A stretch of DNA of 64,000 nucleotides from Octopus bimaculoides (lineage: Eukaryota): positions 29,641,760-29,705,759 of the forward strand of contig NC_068997.1 of the NCBI RefSeq assembly GCF_001194135.2, written 5' to 3'. Made by a program: the position numbers and the translations under genes. Shown one piece after another: positions 52,654 through 64,000 of this stretch. Below the pieces are notes generated by a model. It saw only the letters and a program-made list of their open reading frames with translations. It had not been told where the DNA came from and ran no database searches. Within the stretch, counting starts at the first letter, position 1. The number at the start of each line of letters is the position of its first letter.

Positions 52654-52707
52654 CATATATATAGGATGCACGATAAAAGACTCCATAGTCTTATAAAATG
52701 CATTTAA

Positions 52708-52927
52708 CCCTTTAACATTTAGATTATTCTGTCAAAAGTAATGCTTGTTTATTTACATTGTTTTGAGTTGATCCTGCATTATCTCATAACTTTGAAATTT
52801 TAGTAATGGAATTCTTTATCATACAATGACATTGTATGGTAGTTGTGAAAGGCCAGACCTGGCTGCTCTGAAGGCAAAACAAAGCAGGATAGTTTGGCCA
52901 GATAAGACGAGTTTAAATGCTGAAGGG
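52708..52927. mobile_element. piggyBac-like MITE
   Basis: TTAA-CCCTTTAACATTT...AAATGCTGAAGGG-TTAA. A related inverted, decayed copy lies at about 58045-58255. Confidence 0.8.
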
Positions 52928-55900
52928 TTAATTTTTATGCTATAAAATATTGACTGGCAATTTAAAAAAAAAAAAAAAAAAAAATTTTTTTTTTTTTTTT
53001 ACAATAAATCATTTTTAGATAATTATAAAAATATCTGGCACTATGTATTTCACTGCTAAATATTTGCAAGTATGGTGTTATGCAAAATATATTCAAGTAA
53101 GACATTACATAGTTAATACATTTAGTTCTTCTGCTGACCTGTATATTTTGATGGTCTGAGTTTTTTTTGCAGACCATCTTAATGGTTTTCTAAAAGGAAA
53201 TACATTCCTTTTAAGTATGAAAGATTTATTAAAAAGAGTGAATTCTCGGTTAAATTTTTGGCAAGATAATTAGAAACTGAATCCAAAGTAAATTAATTGT
53301 TGCTTCTCCTTTGAACAGTGTGTATATGCTTTATGAAGCCATATAAGATTTTTATTTGATTAAATGGTAGCAAATAATAATTACTATCCTTAATTAATCT
53401 TGCTCCTGACTGATTTTCTTGCAAAGCTTAATGAAAAGAAAATTGCTATCAGTTGGCTGCTGTAGTTAGCAGTGTTCTATGGTTTGGCATTTTGATGGTC
53501 AGTCATCATCAATACAATAGATCAAACATTGTTTAGCTTTGGACAATTTTCTCAACAATATAACTTCATATTCTATAACCATTTTACAGGAGATTCCTGT
53601 AGTTTCTTTAAAAAGAATTTTCAAATAATTTCTTATCTATCCTCTTAATTTGGTCACTTAATCTCTTTTCTATAATTCCTTGGTTTTCCTTTTATTTCCA
53701 GCTAATTTTATTGCACTTTTTAAACATAGAGAAGAATATAAACTGATTTCTGCAGTTCATCAATTGTGTTTAAATCTCAGAAAATTGGAAAGTGTTGTTA
53801 ATCCTTAATTGCCACATGCGTGATTCATTTGTTGGTCTAATAGCTAAGAACATATCACATCTGTATTTCAGGACATTAAGATTCACTTCAGAAGGCATTT
53901 AACCAGTCAATTAATAGACTGAATCACTTTGTAGAAACCGTTCTGATACATTGAGAACCTTGCAGTAGGTTTGTTTTGTTTGGTTCATTAGTTAGTTACA
54001 TTTTAAGTTCATTATCAAATCATTTGTAGTGATTGAAGTCAAATTGCAATGCTAGTTAAATTTTATACCTGATATTCTCACACTGAACAACTTAACCAAT
54101 GTCTAAAGATTATGTGACATGTAATTACAACTGTGGTTGCAAAAAGGGGAAAAAACAAAAAACAAAAAAAAACCCCCACTCATACACTCCAATATCGGCA
54201 TCCATTTTGTAAATCAAGGGAGATAAGCTTTTTATGATTGTAAAGCAATTTTCACTATTTTATATTGAAATGTGTGTGTGTGTGTGTGTAGCTAGCTAGC
54301 TTCGTAAATATTGGATTTTATCTTTAACTAAAATAGTTTCTCTCCCCCTCCCACCGTTTCCATAATGTTAGTATATATGTATGTGTTGCAAAGTCATTGA
54401 AAGTCCAGTGATTAGATTGGCTTTGACTTAATTTCTTTTACTTATTCTGACAGTAGTTGTTTTCTTTATCATTAAAACTGTTTTACAATTTCAGTCAAAC
54501 CATTGCCATTTTGAAACTTATTTTTCAAGAATGAAATATAATTTAGAGTGTGGCCTAGTTTACTAGCAAGTGAGGCAACCTGAAAGTAAAATAAAGGGAG
54601 AATGGAAAACTGAAATGGTGTTGATGAATTGTTTTTGAATATGCAGTTAAAAGAATCCGGCAAACCTATGACAACTCTCAGTGTATGTAGGCGTGGGTTT
54701 GTAGCTGAAATTTGCCTCTCAACCACATGCTTTCATGCTTAGTTCAACTGTGCGATACCTTGGGCCAACCAGAAACCTTGTGAATAGTTTTGGTACATAG
54801 AGGCTGAATGAATGTTGTGTGTGTTTATGTAAATGCACACATTTATAGGTGTATATCTGCAGTTCCTGGTCTTGATTGTCACCCTATGTTCTTAATTTCA
54901 TTTCCCTATGGGGTCTCTGCTCATCACTTATGGCTAAATAATAGTAATAAAAAGACAGATCTTGCTGGCGGAATATGAAATTTATTGTACAGCTGAAGGA
55001 ATGCCCATTGTATGTCTAAATATTACTCAATGCTGTAGTTCTTTATCTTTCAAGTACTCTAAGATGTCAGTGAATAAGTTAAAACAGCTGGAGAATTAGT
55101 CATGAATTTTAGATGATTTAGAATAAGAGTTGTCAAACACATAGTGAGTGGAACCAGATCTGGCCTGCAACAGTGTTTGGTTTCTAACGTTCAGTTATGA
55201 AAATTGTAATGTGGTAGATGTGTAATAAAAAGCCAGTCACTAGAATTAGCTCGCTAGTAACAATCTCTACATGAATCAAATTGTAAACAAATGATCCAAT
55301 AAAAGAGCTCTATAGCAATTGCTCAATATGTCATAATTTACAACCAAATATCCTTCAGATTTTACTTGAAAATGGATGAATATACTAAAATAGTCTTGGA
55401 TATATTAAACCACAAAAGATGGTCATGACTTCAATGTTGTTTGTCAAATGGTGTTCAGTGTAAATTCAATTGCGCAGAAACTTCTCATGTGGTAAAATAA
55501 CAGATCTGGAGGTTGCACCGGATCCTTTGGTTGACTAGCTGAGCCATAGATTTGCTTGGTCACTTCTGACCCTGACCTACATAGAAAAAACAGCAATGTA
55601 TGCAAAAAGAACATCTGAGTCTTGACATATAGTAATAATAAAATCTCAATGATGAATACAAAAGGATGTATTTATGCAAATTGCAAGTGTGGCATCGGTT
55701 TTGTTGTCAAGGTTGTGATGAGGTAGGTGCTTAGCTGTGAATATCATCAGTGTGTTATACACTTAATTATAGGAGAGTATGGGGCTTATGTTTTCTCATG
55801 AAGATTGCAATAAGGTGTATGTTCAGTTGCAGAGGTTCCAATTTGATTGCAAATTCCCCATGTAAATCACTGGCAATCAACAAGAAGATCCATGATAGCA

Positions 55901-58329
55901 AAATCTAAGAAGCCACAGTGGTAACCTGGGTGGAGTGGTGGTAAAACTCTATACTCCTCCTTATCCATCTGACTTTGCTCCACCTGATTAACACCTGTTC
56001 TAAAGTGTGCAGAATCAACTTGGACTAGTTCTTTAAAAAACAAAACAAACAAACAAAAACAAACAATGAGTGCAAACTACCCTCCCTACATTCTTTTCCA
56101 CCAAACCTGAAGATGTTTTACACAAATGATATTAAAGAAGCTTATACAACATTGAAAGGTCATTGGATAATGACAGCATTTATGCTAATGGATGAATTCT
56201 AATAAAATATGACATTAGAGGCCATGTCATGTTAGCCACTATTTAGACATTACTTATGAGATGACCTGATATATACAACATCAGCTGAGCTTTTCTCTCT
56301 TCATCATCTTTGCTGTTAGGGGTTGTGTATTATCATGATGGAACACCACTCCTTTACGATTACTTCAAAACCGTGTTAAAACATTGTAAATGTTGACAGT
56401 AAATGTCTGCTGTAATTGTAATTGTTTCATTAATAGGTAGCAGCTATAATCCCACAAAGCATTACCAACACTTTGGTTGGAGGTTTGTTTTGGGTTGTGG
56501 TTTAACCAGTTCACCTTCACTAAGCCATTGTCTGCATCACTTAACATTCTTGTAAAAAATTCACTTTTTCTTACTAGTCACTAGTATGTTTAAAAATGGT
56601 GATATACCTTCCCTTGAGTGTAGAGAAGTGCAGATGTTTACTGATGGCTGCACAGTGGTTTTCTGTCAAATTATGGGGATCCCATTTCTCAAGTTTTGGT
56701 ACCTTTCCAAGCTTCAGTTGGGTTTTTGGGTTAACTCTTCAACCATAGCAGTTTTGTTTCAGTTAAGTTCTGACTTAAAGTGTAACTGAAAAAATACCTT
56801 TGAAACCTTCAACTGTTTTTTTTTTCTTTCTCTTTTCTTGTTTAAACAATCCATTCTGTAAACACCTTGAATATTTTGGATTGCTTCTTCTGTGTTGTTG
56901 CCTTTTCTAAACTCTTAAAGTGTTGTATACCTTCAATGCTCTATGAATACATCCATCTTTAATTTAAGATGGCTGAAGCAGTAACTGAATTGACAACAGG
57001 AATTAACTACTTGAGAACTGCACAAAGTCAAGGTAATATGTACTGCTTGCTACACATCATGGGAATTAAACCTTGCACCCAGTTAGTGGAGACAGCCTTT
57101 TATCCCTTGCCACTCACAAGCTTTGACCATATCCCCCATAAGGTGGTGATATCTCTAAATAAGGATATCCAGCCATAAGACCATTCCCAAAACTGGAGAT
57201 GTGAGTTCCATATGTAGTGCAGACAGCTCTGTTAGGAGGGTAGAATCTCTAAGAAAGCGGAGAGCCTTTCTAAGGCTGATGGTGTGATTAAAAGAAAAGA
57301 AAGCATCAAGTGCAGGTTGTAAAGTGGGTGGTCATATAGGATGGACTCCACTAACCACAGCATGGGTTACTCATCTAAAGAGTGCAGTAATTCTGAACAG
57401 GAACCGCTACAGAGGATTGGGGACTTAGTCTCTCTACATGAAATAGCTTGTTCTATAAAGAAAGGCATGCACAAAAGCAAAGTTGGCCAGCTGCCTCTGT
57501 TACTGAGTGCTAAGTGAATCAGACTGAAGAACGACAAGATGCTGTGAGAAATGCCCTACCCATGCCAGCACAGAACAAATGCTGGTTGGTGGTTTTGATG
57601 ATGATGATGATGATGATGGTGGTGGCAACAGGTGCATTGTCATCATTGTAATTGTACTGCACTATTACTTGACATAGATCTGCTTAATACTCCAGATTCT
57701 AGATGAAGTCTCTACATGATTGCTCAATCTGCTAGAAATAACAGCCAAATTCCCTTAAACCACATTCTACCAGGTTGGTAAAGATGGATTGGATAATATA
57801 GTTTTTTAGATACACAGAAAAAGAATGGGATGGTCACAGGTGGAATGTCATCAAATCATCGAAGTCAGGAGTGTTTTGGGACTATACAATTGCAGCTTCA
57901 GAAATGGAGTCAATCATTGGCTTTATTAGATTCTTCTTAATCAGTTAAGACCAACTTGTCACCTGTTGTAAGAAATACATAAAATGCTAAACCTATTAAA
58001 TTTCCATTTATAAAAACATGTTTCAATGTTATCCCATTTAATTCGAGTCAGCATTTAAACTGGCCATATCCGACCAAAATATTCTGTTTTATGTTCAAAC
58101 TGGCTAAGTCTGATCTCTCACACTCGCCCTACAATTCTAAAAATAATCATGTCATTGAAATTTCAAAGCTACACAATAATAATGCATGACTGATTCAGAT
58201 TGATGTGAAGAAATAAGCATTACACTTGACAGAGTAATCTGAATGCTAAAGGTTTGAGTTGAAATTTTTATGGGTCGATACCTATATGAGTGTAAGAGGC
58301 AGTGTGTTGGTTGAGTTCTTTTCTTTATT

Positions 58330-58620
58330 GGAGTGGTACAGACGAAAGCAGGAGCCCATGTAGCATTGGTGCTGGAAAGCAGTTATGGTATTCGTAAATG
58401 TAGTGTGTTGCAGGAAAGGTTTGTCAGTCATACAAATGGCCTTGTTTTGGATGCAGACTAAAGTGTTGTTAGATTTGGAGAGTGGGAAGTTGCGTTGTTT
58501 CAGATGTATGTGTAGTGCTCCAGTATGTGGTGGAGTGAAGTAGGTGTATTTATGCTTTGTACAGGATCTGCTGAAAACCGATGTAGTTTCTGGCTCGAAA
58601 GTGGAAATGGTTTTTGCTAT
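58330..58620 (-). mobile_element. Decayed Jockey/CR1/I-group LINE post-RT fragment
   Basis: Frameshifted reading resembles RPxLEY...IW.........L..IQNKAI. Confidence 0.45.
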
Positions 58621-58966
58621 TTTATAGAATTATGGATATCATGAAAGCTAATGGTGAGGATTTGGGTTTGTACAGACCCTTATAGATCTAATTGTTAACA
58701 TTTTTGGACTATTAAACCTTATTTTGAATGGTCAACAAACTGAGATCATAACTAACTTCAGGACAGAGATATGTGAATTATAATGTTTATAATTTGAAAA
58801 TATTTAAAATTTTGAACCAGAAATATGATATTTGATACTTTTTCAAGTTCAAGTGATGTTATTTAAAATACTTGTTACCAAATTGTATTTTTTAAATTTA
58901 TTATTGGTATCTCTAATCTTGTGAAAATTTTATTTTGCTTATTTTTATTTCTATTTTTATTAACAG

Positions 58967-59078
58967 ACAACAAGATGATTACCAAACTGTACGGAAATTA
59001 GGAAGAGGAAAATACAGTGAAGTCTTTGAAGCAATTAACATTACAAACAATGAAAAATGTGTTATAAAAGTATTAAAA
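58967..59078 (+). CDS. CSNK2A1: CK2 alpha second coding exon, 112 nt (G)[37 protein letters not shown]: Gly-rich loop and catalytic Lys
   Basis: Long polypyrimidine tract plus TAACAG acceptor, GTAAGT donor at 59079. Phase 2 joins GG+A to give Gly. Contains the CK2-specific GRGKYSEV motif. Confidence 0.97.
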
Positions 59079-59654
59079 GTAAGTTTTTATTGTTTTTGAA
59101 ACTTCTTCCCTTTGAATGCTATTAAGTGGAAATTATTTTGAAATTCTTTCCAAACTATTTATGAATTGCTAATCTGATTCAGACCAATGTTGATCATTTG
59201 GATGGTTTCATTGGCCACTTTCCACACACACAAAAAAAAAAGAAAAAGAAAAAAAAATGCCATTGCCTATGAATGTATTGGTAATATTCTTCAAATTTTG
59301 TATATGGCTTGTCTTTGGGGAGTTTTACTTTCTGTTAGTCTACAACATTGAGTTGGTTCATTAAAAATTACTATAAAATCAATGGTACTTTTGGCTGTAT
59401 TTTAGCTTTTTAAAAGGTCTTGATGAACAAATGTTATTGAATGAATGTGTTACTCTTTGTTGCTGAAATTGAGATTTTATGGTTGGATTCTTCACAATTA
59501 TCCTTCAGCACCACTTGAGTTCCTTATTATTGACCCAGCTTGCCTAAACCTAGCTAATGTCCAGTTGGAGGCCTTGTCCAAAATGTTAGAAGCCTATTCT
59601 TATAATCTCCCCCTCCCCACTAGTTGCCTTCACAAATGTGAAAATTTTATATAT

Positions 59655-59995
59655 AGGTGCACTAGTGCTTCCCAAGCACATGGTTCCAGGTTCAGTCCCA
59701 TTGCATGGCACCTTGGGCAAGTGTCTTCTACTATAGTCTTCAGCCGACCAAAGACTTGGGTGGGTTTGGCAGATGGAAACTGAAAGAACCCCGTCTTGTG
59801 TGTCCGTGTTTGACACCCGCCCCTCACCATTGCTTGACACTGATGAGTTTACATCCCCGTTACTTAACGGTCTGGCAAAAAAGACCGGTAGGATAAGTAC
59901 TTGACTTACAAAGAATGTCTTGGGGATGATTTGTTTGACTAAAGGCGCTGCTCCAGCATAACTGCAGTCAAATGACTGAAACAAGTAAAAGAATA
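59655..59995 (+). mobile_element. tRNA-derived SINE family 1 (CORE-like GCACCTTGGGCAAGTGTC middle), near full length
   Basis: Many homologous copies. Plus strand: about 1503-1610, 14000-14135, 16011-16175, 25615-25945, 28380-28560, 29195-29410, 42170-42330, 54680-54820, 62800-63070, 63525-63630. Minus strand: about 2250-2430, 29590-29760, 31895-32055, 33550-33865, 37720-38075, 42340-42560, 51465-51620, 60300-60480. Confidence 0.85.
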
Positions 59996-61151
59996 TATTT
60001 AAAAAAGCAAACCAACCTATCCTTAAACAATTCCAAAAATTCTGACATTTACTTTGTTGGTTAATGCTTGGATGACAATAGTTTAATGTCATGAAATTTC
60101 CAAGTACTAATGACTTTTGTTTGCATGAGTTATGTGCATCTCTTGTGAACCCTGACAACTAATACTCCTGCTGAGTGATCAGTGGAACTACTTACTTGCC
60201 AAATTAAAGTGGTTGAATATTTCACATATAATTGGAGTCTTAGCATTATCATCGGATCAAATCAGCATGACACTGATAATATTAGACTTTTGAATTTACA
60301 GGTTCAGTCAGTCTGGTAGGCTTCAACACAGTTTCTACTTGCTCAGTTTCTCTCACAAGGATTGGGTTGTCCCAAAACATGTGGCATGCAGCAGACATGT
60401 AGCAAAAGTTATATGTAGTAAGTTTGAACTTGGGACTTTGGGGTTATGAAGTGAACTTTGTAACCCATTTGGTCATGCCTGTTTGGGATGTATTGGAGTG
60501 ACAAAGTATTACAACCTAAAACCTTGGTTTGAACCAATTACTAAAACTGCTAACCCGTCTGCTGGCATCCTAACTATTCAGCTGCTGTCACACATTGTAC
60601 ATTTCTGTTGACAGTTTGATTCATTTACACTATAAACATAAAGACACCTTTTGTGGTTGTGTAAGTGACCTCCTAACATATATTGCAGTGTAAGTAGCTG
60701 TAACAGCTGGCGTTTGTTTCCATTAATGTGAAGCTCCTCCCTCACCCTCCAGGAAATAAGAAAAAACAAAAGAAAAATGATAGTGAGCTATTCCCATTGA
60801 CGAGAGAGAGATTGTGATTTGTTGATGTGTAACGAGAAACTGATGGTATGTTGTGATGAGTTTGGAGTGGACCGTGAGCTGATTACTGAATGGAAGCAGA
60901 TGTTGGTAATAATGTGAAATGAAGTGAAAGAATTGGTTGGACACAGCTTTACAGAACAGTCGAAGGAATGTAATACAACGGAACAGAAGCACGAAAGGAA
61001 AAAAAAACTACTGTATTGCAGACATATATGGTGCTAAGTGGTTACAGAGTGTTTTGTAGGATGTTTGCTGCTTCCATAGATCTCTTCCTTCAATTTTGTT
61101 TATTTATTTTGTAACCCTTTTAAAGAAAGGAACTGTGACTGGCATTTAGAC

Positions 61152-61309
61152 CAGCAGTTTTCAACTGTCGCGCCTCGGGCCTCAAGTATCCTTCCAGTGG
61201 CTCTCGACATGCTTCCTTCTATAGCTATAATAACTTTTTCAATTGACCTCTTTCTCTCCCCCCCCCCCTCCGGATTTGGCCCAGATATTAAAAAGATTAA
61301 GAGCCACTG
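61152..61309. mobile_element. hAT (Charlie-like) MITE
   Basis: CAGCAGTTTTCAAC...ATTAAGAGCCACTG ends with an imperfect 8-bp TSD ATTTAGAC / GTTTAGAT. Confidence 0.6.
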
Positions 61310-62033
61310 GTTTAGATCCTATATTGTGGGGATGTTTGTGGTATTTGCTTTACAGCCATAAACTTAGGGTCAAGTACCTGGGTAGAATTTTTGGTTATCT
61401 GTGAAAAAGAATGAACATCTATACTTTCTGTCTGTTAATTGTATTATTACACCACAGAAACTTATTTATCTTTAATGAATATTTGTCTTAGTAACATACG
61501 CACACTCTCTCTTTCTCTCTAATATATTTGAATTCATAGAAAAGTATTGCTAATTAAGATGTCATTCTTACATAATTTACTAGTAAGCTTTCAACCCTCC
61601 ACAAAATATGCCCTTTTTCCCCCCTTGGAATTATGCATGCAATTTCATATCAGTTTTGTCAGAGTTGGAAAATGAGTCCGTATATTTTCTAATTTTTTTT
61701 GTTAATTATCCCAAACAATGCATTGATCTTGACTGAAAATTTTGCCATAGTTTTATGTTGCAGCTGTTATTAGAACATGTTTCTAAATGTTACTTTGTTG
61801 AAATGTTAAGGTAGTCATTAAAATATTTTTGTTAATACCTAAAGCATCAAAGATGAGACCAGAGGGAATGTATGAAAGCTTAACTGCTGTGTATTTCAGG
61901 TGGTTAGTGTGATTTTAGCTGTGAACAAGAGAAAAACATGAACAGTTTGTTGGATGGTTACATAACTATTTCTTCCTTCCTTCCATTTTACAAATTGTCT
62001 GGATAAATATTTTGATTTTCATCTTTTTTCCAG

Positions 62034-62135
62034 CCAGTAAAAAAGAAGAAAATAAAGAGAGAAATTAAAATTTTAGAAAATTTACAAGGAGGAACCAATA
62101 TTATAACCCTTCTAACTATTGTTAAAGATCCAGTG
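62034..62135 (+). CDS. CSNK2A1: CK2 alpha third coding exon, 102 nt [34 protein letters not shown] (basic cluster, helix C); gene continues past the window end
   Basis: TTTTTTCCAG acceptor, GTAAGT donor at 62136, phase 0/0. Contains the CK2-diagnostic [14 protein letters not shown] motif. Confidence 0.97.
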
Positions 62136-63639
62136 GTAAGTGTATCTAATGTTTGCTGAAGTTTAATCTCAGGTTAGCTCTGATTGAATGACCTATGGTC
62201 TAACATTGTCCAGTGTGTGCTTTTTGTAGTTAAGGCCGTTGTGTGTGACTTGAGGGCGATTTGATTTGTAAACCCTAACAGCTTGAACTTCAGTATAGAA
62301 TCGCTTGTTGGCGTGCATTAAATATTTTATTGTTTAGGTGTTATGTTGTGATATGATGGTAATTCCTATATAAGAGAAGCTTATTTGGATATGCTGCACA
62401 ATTTTCAAAATGTATTCTCTTCATAATAGGCGAGCAGTTGAAGAGTTGAATGTGTGAATTGGTTCAAAGTGTTATTTAAAAACTTGGACATGAATAGTTC
62501 CAAAAACGATTTAATGAGGTCTGAGGCAGCACAACCTTGTTGGTGATTCATATTTCACTCTAAATGGGATGCAAAATGGAATGCAATTAGAGAAACACTG
62601 AGAGATGTGACTCAAATTGCTTTAAGTTGTCCATGAAAATTATCAAGTACTAATCAATGAAGATTTTTACAATCCTGTTGTCCCTGATTCAGTGTGCAGC
62701 ACCTTGATCAAGCATCTTTTACCATAGTCTTGGGACATTTTTAATTTTGTGTGGAATTTAGTACATAGAAGAGACTGTGCAGAAGCCTAGAGTTCACTGA
62801 GTGATTTTGGATTTTATCCCACTATGGCACCTTGTGCAACAGTCACCCATCCAAACCTCGTACTGATTAAAGTTTTGTGAGTGGAATTGGTTGACAGAAA
62901 CTGTATGGAAGCCTGCTGTGAGGGTTAAGAAGCTCACTTCCCAACCGTATGGTTTTGGCTTGGGCTCCACTGCATCGCATCTTGAATCTTCTATTATAGC
63001 CCCAGGCTGACAAAAGCTTTGTGAGTGGATTTGGTAGACAAAAACTGAAAGAAACCCATCGTGTGTGTGTGAGTTGGTATTGCTCTTGCATTAGCTGGTT
63101 TGTAAACAAGAGCTTCCTGATGCATGCAGTCTGTCATAAAAGCAGGTCTGGGAGTTTGGTTCATTGTATTTCTAATGGCAAGATTTGCAATCATTTGCTT
63201 GTATACATAGGTGGAAGGAAAACATTTGGTTTCCCCACCCTTTCCATGTTGTAGTTCACTCACAGAGCATTAGTCAGCCCAAAGCTGTATTAGAACGCCC
63301 TTGTCTGTGTCCTGCAGTGAAATTGAACTTACAAAATGTTGAGAACTGTTGATTAAAAAGATAAAATGTAGGTGTGGAGTGCCCAAAATAACTTTGTGAC
63401 ACTATATAACTAGATGATATAAGTAGCAAACTTAAAACAAGTCCTAGATGAATATGATTGACTGTAATCAACGAAAGAAGAGTTTCTGAATGCCCATTAT
63501 TATATATCTATGGCTATTAATGCCTGCCCGGGCATAGCTGTTTTTGTTTCTCAACCACATGGTTTTAAGTTTGGTCCTACATACATGACACCATGTGAAG
63601 GAATTTGGCAGATGGAAACTGAAAGAATCCATGGTGAAG

Positions 63640-63705
63640 AGCGCAGGCTACTAACCCCAAGATTCCAAGTTCGATTCCAGGCAGTGACCTGAATAATAAT
63701 AAGAA
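63640..63705 (+). mobile_element. Truncated third copy of the tRNA-headed element of 4789-5336
   Basis: GCAGGCTACTAACCCCAAGATTCCAAGTTCGATTCCAGGCAGTGACCTGAATAATAATAA is nearly identical to 5099-5160 and has the canonical B-box GTTCGATTCC. Confidence 0.8.
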
Positions 63706-64000
63706 TAGGGGATCATTAACTAGATTCCTTAAGGGTCGTTCTCACAGTTTATATTTATATTATAAGGTTTTCAACTTTTAAATTTTCATATTCAAAAGAG
63801 ACAGACTTCAAACTCGATATATCGATTTATTCACCACTCTGTTAACATTTCTATGCCAAACTTATCCAGTGACTGGTCCATTGGATTTTGACATTGGCAC
63901 TTCTTCAGGAATGGTTACCATCGGAACAAAACACAAAAAAACACATACATAACGATCATTAAATTATTAAAATCCCGTTACAGTTCATCTTTCTGCTATT

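Noticed and set aside
52963-53000. A-run directly followed by a T-run (self-complementary)
   Set aside because: Homopolymer low-complexity tract with no other supporting structure.
60719-60830. Possible alternative exon in the CK2 alpha intron (CCCTCCAG acceptor, Lys-rich frame)
   Set aside because: No convincing donor, in-frame stop, and the kinase sequence is already contiguous without it.

Overview
AT-rich, repeat-dense eukaryotic scaffold with five N-gaps. The SINE/RTE repeat families and microsatellite tails suggest an octopus (coleoid cephalopod) genome; this is inferred from repeat recognition, not from a database hit. The one securely identified gene is casein kinase II alpha (CSNK2A1-like, + strand). 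Its first three coding exons are 21935-22029, 58967-59078 and 62034-62135, with a 36.9-kb intron after the first, and the gene continues beyond the window. The rest is mostly tRNA-derived SINEs, RTE/CR1/HERO-like LINE fragments, Tc1/mariner, piggyBac-like, hAT and Helentron-like MITEs, and simple repeats. The strongest leads are two different hammerhead-ribozyme-bearing retroelement families. One is a 350-nt circularly permuted, Penelope/retrozyme-like unit at 16247-16784 with a near-canonical minimal hammerhead. The other is a tRNA-headed element with a minimal hammerhead, present as a head-to-head palindrome at 4789-5336. There is also a compact Ty3/gypsy-like LTR element (49402-51192) with both LTRs, a 5-bp TSD, a tRNA-Trp PBS and a PPT but no visible RT/integrase. 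Nearly all ORFs in the supplied track are spurious (microsatellite, N-gap or repeat derived).
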